64,000 nucleotides of DNA from Arcobacteraceae bacterium (GCA_965224485.1 CBDCZH010000023.1:40376-104375), one strand, 5' to 3'; positions 10,272 to 20,132 are shown, numbered from the stretch's first letter. The notes: generated from the sequence alone by a model not told the origin. Numbers and translations: made by a program.

Positions 10272-11958
10272 TATTATCTCCTAATAAAGTCATTTCATTT
10301 AAAGCATGTCCATTTGGAACCATTGGTAATACTTCTTCATTTCTATATACTAATACTTCAATCATGGCAACTTTTTTCTTCTCTATTGCGTCTTTTAAAG
10401 CCTCATCAAACTCTTTTTTTGTATGAACTCGATAACCGTTTCCACCAAAAGCTTCTACTAATTTTACAAAATCAGGCTGTATACTTAAATCAGTTTCAGC
10501 TAATCTATTTTCATAAAACATAGTTTGCCATTGTCTAACCATTCCTAAATAATTGTTATTTAAAATGATATTAATTACAGGTAAATCAGATTGAATACAA
10601 GTCATTAATTCTTGAATATTCATCAAAATAGAACCATCGCCTGTAAAGTTTATAGAAATTTTATCTGGATTACCTCTTGCAACTCCCATAGCAGCAGGAA
10701 GTCCAAATCCCATTGTTCCTAATCCACCAGAAGTATTAAACTGTCTTGGAAATGAGAAAGGATAAAACTGAGCAGTCCACATTTGATGCTGACCTACATC
10801 TGTTGAGATAATTGCCTTAGAACCTAAAAGCTCACCTACTCTTTGAATAGGCCATTGAGGTTTTAATTTATCACCTACATCTTCATATCGTAAAGGTTGT
10901 TTAATTCTATACTCTTGTACTAATTCAACCCAATTTGAGAAATCATTAAACTCTAACTCTTTTGCTAATTCAATCATTCCTTTTACTGTAACTTTTAAAT
11001 CCCCTACAATAGGGAAATTTGTTTCTACTAATTTATCAATAGATGTAGGATCAATATCTACATGAATTACTTTTGCTTTTTTTGCAAATTCATCTAATCT
11101 TCCTGTAACCCTATCATCAAATCTTGCCCCAAGAGAGATTAATAGATCAGTATCATGAACAGCCATATTAGCAGCGTATTCTCCATGCATTCCTAACATT
11201 CCACAGAAAAGTGGATTATCATGACCCATAGCTCCTCTTGCCATTAAAGTTTCAACAGCTGGAATATTAGTTAATTTAGCAAACTCTCTAATATCATAAG
11301 CACAGTTTGATAAAATAGCACCACCACCTATATATAAAAGTGGCTTTTTAGCTTTACTAAGAGCTTCCATCGCTCTTTTTAATTGCTTTTTATTATAATT
11401 AATTGTAGGTTTATATGTTGGTAAATCAACTACTTTTGGATATAAAAACTCTGCAAGAGCAGCTGTTATATCTTTAGGAATATCAACATGCACTGGACCT
11501 GGTCTTCCAGTACTTGCGATATGAAAAGCTTCTTTCATTACTCTTGGTATATCTTCTACACAAGATATTAGATAATTATGCTTTGTACATGGTCTTGAAA
11601 TTCCAACTGCATCTATTTCTTGAAAACCATCAGTTCCTATGATATTTGAAGGAACCTGCCCTGTTATTACAACTAAAGGAACTGAATCCATATAAGCATC
11701 AGCTAAGCCAGTAACTGCATTTGTAAATCCTGGACCACTTGTAACTATTGCAACTCCAACTTTTCCAGTTGATTTTGCATATCCTTCAGCTGCATGAATA
11801 GCAGCTTGTTCATGTCTTGTTAAAATATGCTCAAAATCACTTTGTTTATAAATTTCATCATACACATTCATAATAGCACCACCTGGGTAACCAAAGACTA
11901 CTTCAACCCCTTCTTCTTTTAACGATTGTGTAACCATTTTTGCGCCAGTTATTTTCAT
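10264..11958 (-). CDS. ilvB: Acetolactate synthase large subunit
   Basis: 564 aa, ThDP enzyme with the three domains. ThDP-binding motif GDGSILMNIQEL...NN. Confidence 0.92.
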   Translation of the reverse strand: MKITGAKMVTQSLKEEGVEVVFGYPGGAIMNVYDEIYKQSDFEHILTRHEQAAIHAAEGYAKSTGKVGVAIVTSGPGFTNAVTGLADAYMDSVPLVVITGQVPSNIIGTDGFQEIDAVGISRPCTKHNYLISCVEDIPRVMKEAFHIASTGRPGPVHVDIPKDITAALAEFLYPKVVDLPTYKPTINYNKKQLKRAMEALSKAKKPLLYIGGGAILSNCAYDIREFAKLTNIPAVETLMARGAMGHDNPLFCGMLGMHGEYAANMAVHDTDLLISLGARFDDRVTGRLDEFAKKAKVIHVDIDPTSIDKLVETNFPIVGDLKVTVKGMIELAKELEFNDFSNWVELVQEYRIKQPLRYEDVGDKLKPQWPIQRVGELLGSKAIISTDVGQHQMWTAQFYPFSFPRQFNTSGGLGTMGFGLPAAMGVARGNPDKISINFTGDGSILMNIQELMTCIQSDLPVINIILNNNYLGMVRQWQTMFYENRLAETDLSIQPDFVKLVEAFGGNGYRVHTKKEFDEALKDAIEKKKVAMIEVLVYRNEEVLPMVPNGHALNEMTLLGDNNE

Positions 11959-12102
11959 GCTATCCTCTTTATTATAAAATTATTTGTATTTTACAAAAGT
12001 TATTATTAAATTAGTGTTAATAATAAGTACTTAATAAGCTTCTTTAAAGGATTTTTTATTATTTTTTATATATAATGTAAAAAAATGTGTAAGGGATAAG
12101 TC

Positions 12103-12915
12103 ATGGATGTAAATAGTATTAATAATGAAATAATAAATCTAAACCAGAGTTCCCCGGCAATAATACATAAAAATGAGCAAAATTCTGATATTAAAAAAGT
12201 ATCAAAAGATGATGCTTTAAATCTTAGTATCTCAGATATTTATAATAAAAAAAGAGATGAATTATCATATTCTTTGCAGACACTAAATGAAGGTGTAGCA
12301 ATAAACCAAATTTCTAAAAAAGGTTTAGCACAGCAACAAGAGCAATTAGTTAATGTTCAAGATAGGCTAAATGAAGCAAAAAACAATGTAGAAAAAGGTT
12401 TTGATAAAAATGATCTAAAAGAAGATATTTCTAAAAATTTAATAGAATTTAATAATATAGCTCAAAATACAACATATAAAAATGAAAAGTTATTAACTGT
12501 TGAGAAAGATGATGAAAAAACCGTAACTATTTCAACACAACAATCAGTTTATACCTTAGAGAAACCAGAAACTAAAGAAGTTCTAAGCGCCTTAGCTCAA
12601 AACTTAGAAAGTAATGATTTTTCAAATGAAGAAGATTTAACTAAAGCTCTAATAGATACTAATACTGCAAGTAAACAAATTGATAGTTTTATACTTAGAG
12701 TTGATGATACAGATCAAAGAATGGTAAATAATGCAAAAAATACTATAGGAGAGCAAATAGATCTATCTAAAGAAAATTCTTCTTTAAGGGATATTGATTT
12801 TGGAGCAGAAGTTGCTGATTTTTCCAAAACAAATATTAACTCACACCTAGGTTTTTTAGCAGGAACACAAGCCAATATTGTTCAAGAACAAAGTATTAGA
12901 TTATTAAGTAAATAA
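12103..12915 (+). CDS. Flagellin-family protein, FlaC-like (short, no hypervariable domain, atypical N-terminus)
   Basis: 270 aa. The C-terminus DIDFGAEVADFSKTNINSHLGFLAGTQANIVQEQSIRLLS fits the flagellin C-terminal helix signature. LSYSLQTLNEGVAINQ...VQDRLNEA fits the distal part of the N-terminal helix. The canonical first ~40 residues are missing. Confidence 0.5.
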   Translation: MDVNSINNEIINLNQSSPAIIHKNEQNSDIKKVSKDDALNLSISDIYNKKRDELSYSLQTLNEGVAINQISKKGLAQQQEQLVNVQDRLNEAKNNVEKGFDKNDLKEDISKNLIEFNNIAQNTTYKNEKLLTVEKDDEKTVTISTQQSVYTLEKPETKEVLSALAQNLESNDFSNEEDLTKALIDTNTASKQIDSFILRVDDTDQRMVNNAKNTIGEQIDLSKENSSLRDIDFGAEVADFSKTNINSHLGFLAGTQANIVQEQSIRLLSK

Positions 12916-12922
12916 TTACTTT

Positions 12923-13837
12923 CTAATCTTTCTTTTTTTGTTCTAAACAGTAATTTATAGCAACACCTTCTTTTAAACCATCATCAAAAACTAAAGATTC
13001 ATCTTTTTGCAGTACTTCAAAAAAACTTTTGTAAATATATGTTCCAATTTCAACAAATTCAACTCTTCCTTGTCCCACAAGTTTAATAATATCTTCTTTT
13101 GAAGAGTTTTTAAAAATATTTAAACAAGTTTTTAAATCTTCTAAGTTTACATACGTTCCATTTATTTTATTCTTATCATATGAAAAATAATCTTCGCCAT
13201 TTTTAATAGCAGCAATAGTTGTAGGAGTTCCAGCAGTTGCTATGAAAACATAATCTTTTGTATTAATATTATGTTTATTTAAAAATACTTTTACTTCATC
13301 TTTTTTATTATCTAAATAGATTTCTAAATCTTTAAAAGAAAGATTCTTTTGTGTTAAAGTTACAATTCCTAGGTTAAAACTATGTGAAAAATTTTCTTTT
13401 TCATTAGATATAATTAGCTCAGTTGAACCCCCACCAATATCTAAAACAATAAAATTCTTTTTAAGTATTTTTTCTCTTTTTAAAGCATATTTAACAGCTA
13501 AAAGAGTAAGTCTAGCTTCTTCTAGTCCTGATATAATTGTAAAACTAAGACCTATTGTTTTTTTAAAATTTTGCAGAACTTCTTTAGAATTTATAGCTAA
13601 TCTCATAGCAGCAGTAGTAACACAAATTGCAAGTGTAGGATTATAAGAAAGTTCTTTTATTGAGTTTTGGACAGCTTTTATTACTCTATCTTGAGCTTGT
13701 GAAGATATACATTTTGTTTCATTTAAACCATCAGCCATACCAACAATTTCATGATAAACATTTATGATTTTATGATTTTGGCAATCATATATTAAGACTC
13801 TAAAAGAATTAGAGCCTAAGTCTATTGTACATATCAT
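12923..13837 (-). CDS. Ppx/GppA family phosphatase (N-terminal two-domain form)
   Basis: 304 aa, actin-like ATPase motifs DLGSNSFRVLIYD and LDIGGGSTELI. Confidence 0.8.
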   Translation of the reverse strand: MICTIDLGSNSFRVLIYDCQNHKIINVYHEIVGMADGLNETKCISSQAQDRVIKAVQNSIKELSYNPTLAICVTTAAMRLAINSKEVLQNFKKTIGLSFTIISGLEEARLTLLAVKYALKREKILKKNFIVLDIGGGSTELIISNEKENFSHSFNLGIVTLTQKNLSFKDLEIYLDNKKDEVKVFLNKHNINTKDYVFIATAGTPTTIAAIKNGEDYFSYDKNKINGTYVNLEDLKTCLNIFKNSSKEDIIKLVGQGRVEFVEIGTYIYKSFFEVLQKDESLVFDDGLKEGVAINYCLEQKKKD

Positions 13838-14395
13838 CTAAGGATGCGGTATTTTGATTTTAGAGTTTAATAAATAAGCTATTATTATCATTAAGATTAA
13901 AACTATTGTTTCACTTAAAAAACCAGCCAAGAATACTAAATAAACAAGCCATAATAAAATAGCACCTAAGGGAGTAGGAACTCCTGTAAAAAATTTCTCA
14001 ACTTCACCTTGCGTAGAATCAATATTAAACTGAATTAATCTTCGCAAGCCTGAAATTATATAATATACAAAAGCAAATAAAACCAAAACAGCTGATATTT
14101 CGAACTCTTTACCATCAATAATAGCAAAATATATGAACATACAAGGAACTATTACAAAAGATAAAAAATCTGCAAAAGAATCAAGTTGTACTCCAAATTC
14201 TGTTGAAAGATTATACTTTCTTGCTATTTTTCCATCAACTATATCAAAAGCTCCACCTATCCAAGCAAATAAAGCTGCTCCAAAAAACTCTCCATGAGTT
14301 ATAAAATATATTGCTAAAACACCTGCTGCTATATTAAAAAATGTAGCAAGATTTGCTAAATTGAAATGACTATTCTTATTAAATAAAAAACCCAA
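13838..14395 (-). CDS. pssA: CDP-alcohol phosphatidyltransferase, probable phosphatidylserine synthase
   Basis: 185 aa membrane protein with DGKIARKYNLSTEFGVQLDSFADFLSF, which is the D-G-x2-A-R-x8-G-x3-D-x3-D motif. Confidence 0.7.
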   Translation of the reverse strand: MGFLFNKNSHFNLANLATFFNIAAGVLAIYFITHGEFFGAALFAWIGGAFDIVDGKIARKYNLSTEFGVQLDSFADFLSFVIVPCMFIYFAIIDGKEFEISAVLVLFAFVYYIISGLRRLIQFNIDSTQGEVEKFFTGVPTPLGAILLWLVYLVFLAGFLSETIVLILMIIIAYLLNSKIKIPHP

Positions 14396-14404
14396 AATTA
14401 TCCT

Positions 14405-15550
14405 TTAAAATGTATATTGATTTCTACCATTATTCTTTGATGTATATAAGTGTTCATCAGCACTTTTGTATAATCTATTAGGCGAAATATCACTATTTGG
14501 TGAATAAATAACAGCTCCCATAGAAACTGTTAATATATTTTTTACCTTTGAACCTTTATGCTCAATATTTAGATTCATAATTTTTTGTTTAATATCTTCT
14601 AAACATTGTTGTAAAATTATTTCATCAACATCAAATAAAATAGCTCCAAACTCTTCTCCACCTAATCTAAATACATACTCATGTTCTTTATTAAAATACT
14701 TCTTAAGCTCCAACGCAACTGCTTTTAAAGCAACATCACCCATATCATGACCGTAAGTATCATTATACTGTTTAAAATAATCAATATCAAACATTATAAA
14801 AGCACTTTCCCAAGAATTTGAATTAGAAATTTTTGGTAAGTTATCAAAAATAGTATCAAAATGATTTCTATTGTACAGCATTGTCATGGAATCTATTATT
14901 GCAGCCATTTTATATTTTTTATTTAAAACCACCAGTTGACTATCTTTTTTTATAATTAAGTAAATTATATACATAATTATTGAAAAACAAAATAAAGCAA
15001 TTAAAACCATATTATAAAACAGATATTCTTTCATCTCTTTATATTCAAGTAAAAAACTTTTTCGCTGTTTTGCAGCTTCTTTTATCTCATATGAAATTAA
15101 AAAATTTATTTTTGTTATCATTATATTAAATTTAATAATATTATTACCCAAAAAAGAACTTTTTAAATCTTTTGAAATTTTAGAGATTACTACTTCTTCA
15201 TGAACTGTTTTATAGGCTTTAGCATATAATTTCCATTTTTGTTTTATAGTTCTTTTATATTTTGTAATTGAACATTTTGATTTTTTAGTTTTTATACAAA
15301 AAATCACATCTTTATAATTTGTTACAATTTTTTGAAGATTAAGTACTGGTACAAAATTACCAAAATAGATATTATCTATTTGTTTTTTTAATTTATCAAT
15401 TTGTGTATTAAAAATAAAACTAGCAGAAAACAGAGCTAACATTATTGTTATTAAAAGCACAATGAATTTAAAACTAACTGACTTTATAAAATCTTTTTTC
15501 ATAAAATTATTATAACAAAATATAGTTAAAGTAAAGAGTAGAAAATACAA
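14405..15550 (-). CDS. Membrane-anchored diguanylate cyclase (GGDEF domain)
   Basis: 381 aa from TTG (ATG at 15502 = MKKDFIK is an alternative start). Two TM segments flank a periplasmic region. C-terminal GGDEF domain with RLGGEEFGAILF. No RxxD I-site seen 5 residues upstream. Confidence 0.85.
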   Translation of the reverse strand: MYFLLFTLTIFCYNNFMKKDFIKSVSFKFIVLLITIMLALFSASFIFNTQIDKLKKQIDNIYFGNFVPVLNLQKIVTNYKDVIFCIKTKKSKCSITKYKRTIKQKWKLYAKAYKTVHEEVVISKISKDLKSSFLGNNIIKFNIMITKINFLISYEIKEAAKQRKSFLLEYKEMKEYLFYNMVLIALFCFSIIMYIIYLIIKKDSQLVVLNKKYKMAAIIDSMTMLYNRNHFDTIFDNLPKISNSNSWESAFIMFDIDYFKQYNDTYGHDMGDVALKAVALELKKYFNKEHEYVFRLGGEEFGAILFDVDEIILQQCLEDIKQKIMNLNIEHKGSKVKNILTVSMGAVIYSPNSDISPNRLYKSADEHLYTSKNNGRNQYTF

Positions 15551-15638
15551 TATTAGCTCTTCTTTTTTTCTTTATCAAAGCTTAAATAAGTTTTAGATAA
15601 AATCGCGAATTATAAGTAATTATTATTAAGGATTATAT

Positions 15639-17183
15639 TTGTTAAATATAAAAGATACATTTATAGGTAAATCTGCTAAAAGTGATATTTTATCAGGTGT
15701 TGTTGTTGCAATTGCCTTAGTCCCAGAAGCTATTGCTTTTTCTATTATTGCAGGAGTTTCACCTTTAGTTGGTTTATACACTGCTTTTATTTTAGGATTA
15801 ATAACAGCTCTTATTGGTGGAAAAGCAGGAATGATTTCAGGAGCAACGGGTGCTGTTGCTGTTGTTTTAATTGGGCTTGGAGTTAAAGTAAAAGAAGCCT
15901 TACCTCAAGAAATATTAAACTCACTAAGTTCTAGTGGGGAGCTTTCATCATATATTTTACAATATATTTTATTAGCAACTATAATAGCTGGAATCATACA
16001 AATTCTAATAGGTATATTTAAACTAGGAAAACTAATAAGACTAGTTCCCCAACCTGCTATGTATGGCTTTGTAAATGGTCTTGCTATTGTTATTGCTATG
16101 GCTCAAATACCTTTATTTAAAGGTGAGAGTTATATTATGTATGCTTTAGTGCTTGCAACTATGATTTTAGTTAAGTATTTTCCTAAAATATCATCTGCTA
16201 TTCCTTCAGGATTGGTTGCTATTATAGTAGTTTCTCTAGTAGTTATAACTTTTGATTTAGATACAAAAAGAGTTGGAGATTTAGCTGATATTTCTGGAAA
16301 TCTTCCGGTTTTTGCACTTCCAACTCTTCATATTACTTTTGACTCTTTATTAACAGTACTTCCTTACTCTATTTTAGTAGCCCTTGTTGGTTTAATAGAA
16401 TCACTCTTAACTCTTTCTGTTTTAGATGAAATGGGTGGAAAAAGAGGAAGTGGAAACCAAGAGTGTATAGCTCAAGGAATTGGAAACGTTACTTGTGGTT
16501 TCTTTGGAGGAATGGCTGGTTGTGCTATGATTGGACAAAGTATTATTAACTTTACAAATAATGGTTGGGGACGATTATCAGCTCTTACTGCTGCCCTTTT
16601 ACTTATATCTTTTGTAGTATCTTTATCTTCTTATATTGCTATGATTCCTGTTGCTGTTTTAGTTGGTATTATGTTTATGGTGTCAATTGGAACATTTGAG
16701 TGGGAGAGTGGAAATAGAATTAGATACATGCCAAATCATGATAAGTTTGTTCTAATTACTGTTACTATTATTACTATTTATGCAGATCTTGCAATTGCTG
16801 TAATAACAGGAATTATAATATCAGCCTTAGTTTTTGCTTGGAATCATTCAAAAGTTCGTTCAAGAACATATAATGATGATGATGGTAAAAAAATATATGA
16901 ATTCGATGGTCCTTTATTTTTTGGTTCAACTACCTCATTTTTTGAACTCTTTGATTTTAAACATGACCCAGAGTTTGTTATATTAGACTTTAAAGATGCA
17001 AGAGTTATGGATATTTCTGGTGTTGAAGCTATTGATAATATTACTAAAAAATATGCAGAAGCTGGAAAGAAACTAAGTATTAGGCACTTAAGCGAAGATT
17101 GTAAAAAGATTTTAAAAAGTGCTGGGCCTTTTTGTTCTTATGAAGAAGATGATCCAAAATATAAAGTAGCAATTGACTACTAA
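15639..17183 (+). CDS. SulP family anion permease with C-terminal STAS domain
   Basis: 514 aa, TTG start, multi-TM core, STAS-like tail (IYEFDGPLFFGSTTSF ... DISGVEAID). Confidence 0.85.
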   Translation: MLNIKDTFIGKSAKSDILSGVVVAIALVPEAIAFSIIAGVSPLVGLYTAFILGLITALIGGKAGMISGATGAVAVVLIGLGVKVKEALPQEILNSLSSSGELSSYILQYILLATIIAGIIQILIGIFKLGKLIRLVPQPAMYGFVNGLAIVIAMAQIPLFKGESYIMYALVLATMILVKYFPKISSAIPSGLVAIIVVSLVVITFDLDTKRVGDLADISGNLPVFALPTLHITFDSLLTVLPYSILVALVGLIESLLTLSVLDEMGGKRGSGNQECIAQGIGNVTCGFFGGMAGCAMIGQSIINFTNNGWGRLSALTAALLLISFVVSLSSYIAMIPVAVLVGIMFMVSIGTFEWESGNRIRYMPNHDKFVLITVTIITIYADLAIAVITGIIISALVFAWNHSKVRSRTYNDDDGKKIYEFDGPLFFGSTTSFFELFDFKHDPEFVILDFKDARVMDISGVEAIDNITKKYAEAGKKLSIRHLSEDCKKILKSAGPFCSYEEDDPKYKVAIDY

Positions 17184-17197
17184 AAATATATAAAGAA

Positions 17198-17236
17198 TTT
17201 AGGTTTTTATCTCTATCTTAGAGATAAAAACCTAAA
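17198..17236. terminator. 17-bp perfect hairpin between convergent genes
   Basis: TTTAGGTTTTTATCTCT-ATCTT-AGAGATAAAAACCTAAA. It begins 15 nt after the SulP stop and contains the stop codon of the convergent 17218..17586 gene. Confidence 0.55.
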
Positions 17237-17586
17237 GAAATAGTTCCTATAAGTAAAAAAAACACTAAAAATCTAAAAAAAATCCTAAAAAATACATTCT
17301 TATATTTTTTCATAAAAAAAGGGCAGTAAAAAAAAGCTAAAATCAAAGATATTGCAAAAATAGCTTTAAGTATCAATAAAAAAGAAATTTTAGAATTTAT
17401 AAAAAGATACGCTCCACTTATAAAAAGAAGAAAACAAAGAATCAACATTGGTTTTAAAATATATTTGTATAAAATATCTGCCCTACTTTTACTTAAGAAA
17501 AATCTAATATAAAATCTATCAATAAGAATATAAAAGAAAAATATAAATGCAGAAAAAAGATGTAGGTATAAAATAGATATGTACAT
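17218..17586 (-). CDS. Hypothetical small integral membrane protein
   Basis: 122 aa, 4 hydrophobic segments, no recognisable motif. Confidence 0.4.
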   Translation of the reverse strand: MYISILYLHLFSAFIFFFYILIDRFYIRFFLSKSRADILYKYILKPMLILCFLLFISGAYLFINSKISFLLILKAIFAISLILAFFYCPFFMKKYKNVFFRIFFRFLVFFLLIGTISLGFYL

Positions 17587-17735
17587 AGTTTCATACTAGT
17601 TAAAAAAGTGTTAAAGAGAAATTAAAATAAAGTTTTAAAAAATCTTTAGAAGTACTATTATATTAGAGTAAAAGTTTTATTTACAATTTTTTAATATTAT
17701 AATATACTTATCTTAATATATAAAAAGGAGTACTT

Positions 17736-17978
17736 ATGCAAATCTCTTCTGTAAATCAAAATATAATTGCTATGCAACAAGCGCAAACACAAATGAATGA
17801 TTTTGCTAAAGATATTGCAAGTCTTACCAAAGCGCCAAAACAAAATCAAGAAGTAACACAAGACTTACTTGATGCAATTGTAAATCAAATACCTACACAA
17901 ATAGCATATGAAGCAAATGCTGGAGTTATTAGTACTCAAAATGCAGTACAAGACTCTTTACTTAATATTAAAGCCTAA
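17736..17978 (+). CDS. Small YjfB-like putative motility protein
   Basis: 80 aa, AAAGGAG RBS and a TATAAT box upstream. The N-terminus MQISSVNQNIIAMQQAQTQ and the C-terminal ..NIKA resemble YjfB-type motility proteins. IAYEANAGVISTQNAVQDSLLNI resembles the rod/hook C-terminal helix motif. Confidence 0.4.
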   Translation: MQISSVNQNIIAMQQAQTQMNDFAKDIASLTKAPKQNQEVTQDLLDAIVNQIPTQIAYEANAGVISTQNAVQDSLLNIKA

Positions 17979-17988
17979 AAGGATTTTT

Positions 17989-18420
17989 ATGGAAAAATTA
18001 AATATAGTATGTCCAAGTTGCCAAAAAATAAATAAAATTCCAAAAAAAGAGTCTTATAAAAAAGCAAACTGTGGAGAGTGCAAAAGTTCACTCTTAGATA
18101 CAAATCCTATTAATTTAAATGAAAATAACTTTGATCATGTACTAGTAAATTCAGACCTTTTAGTAATTGTTGATTTTTGGGCACCTTGGTGTGGTCCATG
18201 TAAGGTTATGGGTCCTAATTTTAAAGAAGTGGCATTAAAGTACCCCTTAAAAGCACTTTTTACAAAGGTAAATACACAAGATGAGCAGAACTTAGGTGCA
18301 AAATATAATATAAAATCTATTCCAACTTTAGTTCTTTATAAAAATGGCCAAGAAGTAAAAAGAGTAAGTGGAGTATTAAACCCAAACGAACTATCCCTAT
18401 TAGTAAAAGAGTTTATTTAA
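17989..18420 (+). CDS. trxC: Thioredoxin 2 (zinc-finger thioredoxin)
   Basis: Start moved to ATG 17989 (MEKLNIVCPSC) behind an AAAAGGA RBS. Two N-terminal CxxC pairs (CPSC, CGEC) plus the WAPWCGPCK active site. Confidence 0.85.
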   Translation: MEKLNIVCPSCQKINKIPKKESYKKANCGECKSSLLDTNPINLNENNFDHVLVNSDLLVIVDFWAPWCGPCKVMGPNFKEVALKYPLKALFTKVNTQDEQNLGAKYNIKSIPTLVLYKNGQEVKRVSGVLNPNELSLLVKEFI

Positions 18421-18513
18421 GTTCCCCCTGTGAACAAAAACTCTTACTAACAAAAAAACCTACAAGATAAAACCTACTAACCTACAAACTTAAAAACTTA
18501 AAAAACTACCAAC

Positions 18514-18954
18514 TTAAAAAAGTTCCTCAATCAAAAGCTCCAGTTCTAACTCATTAAAAACTTTAATACCGTTTTGTATTAAAAGTTTAGCACAAATACC
18601 AGAACCATTTATTAAGGTATTAGTAAAATTTCCATCATAAATTTTTATATTTCCACAAGATGGAGATTTTGCTTTTAATAAAGCAAGAGAAATATTATTC
18701 TTTTTACACAAATGTAAAGCATTTAAAGCACCTTTTTCAAACTCTTTTGTAAGATCAAGTCCATTTTTACTTAGAACCTTAGTTCCTTTTATTTCAGCAG
18801 GGTCTCTTGGTGTTAAAAGTCCACCTTCTATTTCAGGACAGAAGGCAAAAACTTCATGATTTTGTAATATTACATCTAAACTATCTACTTTATTAGAAGA
18901 AGCATCATATCTTACGTTTTGCCCTAAAAGACATGATGATACTAATATTTTCAT
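18514..18954 (-). CDS. DUF523 family protein (TudS-like thiouracil desulfidase family)
   Basis: 146 aa with conserved Cys contexts SSCLLGQNVRYD, FCPEIEGG and KSPSCGN. The ATG directly abuts the ttcA stop. Confidence 0.65.
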   Translation of the reverse strand: MKILVSSCLLGQNVRYDASSNKVDSLDVILQNHEVFAFCPEIEGGLLTPRDPAEIKGTKVLSKNGLDLTKEFEKGALNALHLCKKNNISLALLKAKSPSCGNIKIYDGNFTNTLINGSGICAKLLIQNGIKVFNELELELLIEELF

Positions 18955-19707
18955 TTAATCTAATAATTCTTTATCAAAAAAAGTTGATGTTTGAATATTT
19001 TTAAAAGCAGTTCTCATAGAAACAAACATTTGAGGATTATCTTCTTCCATTTTAGCTAATAATTCTTTTGTTTTTTGTCTTGCGTGTGGCATTTTAACAT
19101 CAAATCTCATAGCAGGACAGGCTTCATCACCAATAACCATAATATCATTACTTGTAGCAAAAGCACGAAGCTGTCTCTCTCTACAAAAAATCAAAGGTCT
19201 TATAACTTCTAAACCATTTTGTGCCTTATAAGAAGGTGGCATAGAACGCATAGCTCCATTGTATAAAAAGTTCATAAAAAATGACTCAACGGCATCATCT
19301 AAGTGATGACCAAGAGCTAATTTATTGTAACCTTGTTCAATTGCAGTAGAGTATAAGTACCCTCTTCTCATTCTTGAGAAAAATGAACAAAAAGATGAGT
19401 TTTTTCTAATTTTTTCACCTGCTAGTTCATATATTTTGGTATCAACAATTTCATGCTCAATACCGTGCTTAGCACAATGTTTGGCTAAAAATTCAACTTG
19501 TTCACCCATTCCATATGTAACAGTAACAGCTTTAAATTCAAATTTAAAAGGAGTTACTCTTTTTAAATGATTTAAAGCATGTAACAAAGTAGTTGAGTCT
19601 TTTCCACCTGAAAAACCAACTAATACCTTATCACCTTCGCTAATTAGTCCATATTGTGCATTTGTTCTTCCAACTACACTAGATATTTTTTTGCTTAAGT
19701 TTATCAA
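18955..19707 (-). CDS. ttcA: tRNA 2-thiocytidine(32) synthetase
   Basis: 250 aa, PP-loop FSGGKDS, conserved Cys residues (SFCSFFSRMRRG, EACPA). Confidence 0.85.
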   Translation of the reverse strand: MINLSKKISSVVGRTNAQYGLISEGDKVLVGFSGGKDSTTLLHALNHLKRVTPFKFEFKAVTVTYGMGEQVEFLAKHCAKHGIEHEIVDTKIYELAGEKIRKNSSFCSFFSRMRRGYLYSTAIEQGYNKLALGHHLDDAVESFFMNFLYNGAMRSMPPSYKAQNGLEVIRPLIFCRERQLRAFATSNDIMVIGDEACPAMRFDVKMPHARQKTKELLAKMEEDNPQMFVSMRTAFKNIQTSTFFDKELLD

Positions 19708-19943
19708 TTTAAATATATCCTATTTTTTTCGCGATTATAACATAAATTAACACTTAGTAAACAAAAAGATAAAATATTAATAAAGAAAAAAGCTTTTCTT
19801 CTATGCTTAGGTACAGAAGATTATTCACTAATTCAAGTAAGTGCTAGTTATTTTTAAAATAAATATTAAAAGAGATATTTTTTTATCTTTTATTTATTAA
19901 AATATTATATACTTGCACTTAAATACTAATAAAAAGAATAAAA

Positions 19944-20132
19944 ATGACAACAGAAGAAATAACTAGTTTTACAGAAGAAATAAAAAAAACTATTCTGCCT
20001 CATGCCAAAAACATGAAAGACATACAAATTAAAGATATTATTACTTTAGTAGAAGAACAGAATAAAGATTTGCCTGAAGGTTTTGGAAATATGTTATTTG
20101 AAGAAATACTAATACTTAAATATAAGGTTTAA
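19944..20132 (+). CDS. Hypothetical small acidic protein
   Basis: 62 aa ORF in a 650-nt otherwise empty region. Weak RBS, no motif. Confidence 0.25.
   Translation: MTTEEITSFTEEIKKTILPHAKNMKDIQIKDIITLVEEQNKDLPEGFGNMLFEEILILKYKV

Noticed and set aside
17908-17988. N-terminal 27-codon extension of the thioredoxin ORF overlapping the preceding small gene.
   Set aside because: The extension overlaps 17736..17978 in another frame and has no RBS. ATG 17989 has AAAAGGA upstream and gives the normal TrxC N-terminus with the first CxxC.
18421-18513. C/A-rich, G-poor spacer after trxC with three copies of (A)ACCTAC.
   Set aside because: It could be a Rho-utilisation-like tract, since no hairpin terminator is present, but the motif is short and the repeats are imperfect. 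Nothing more can be supported from sequence alone.
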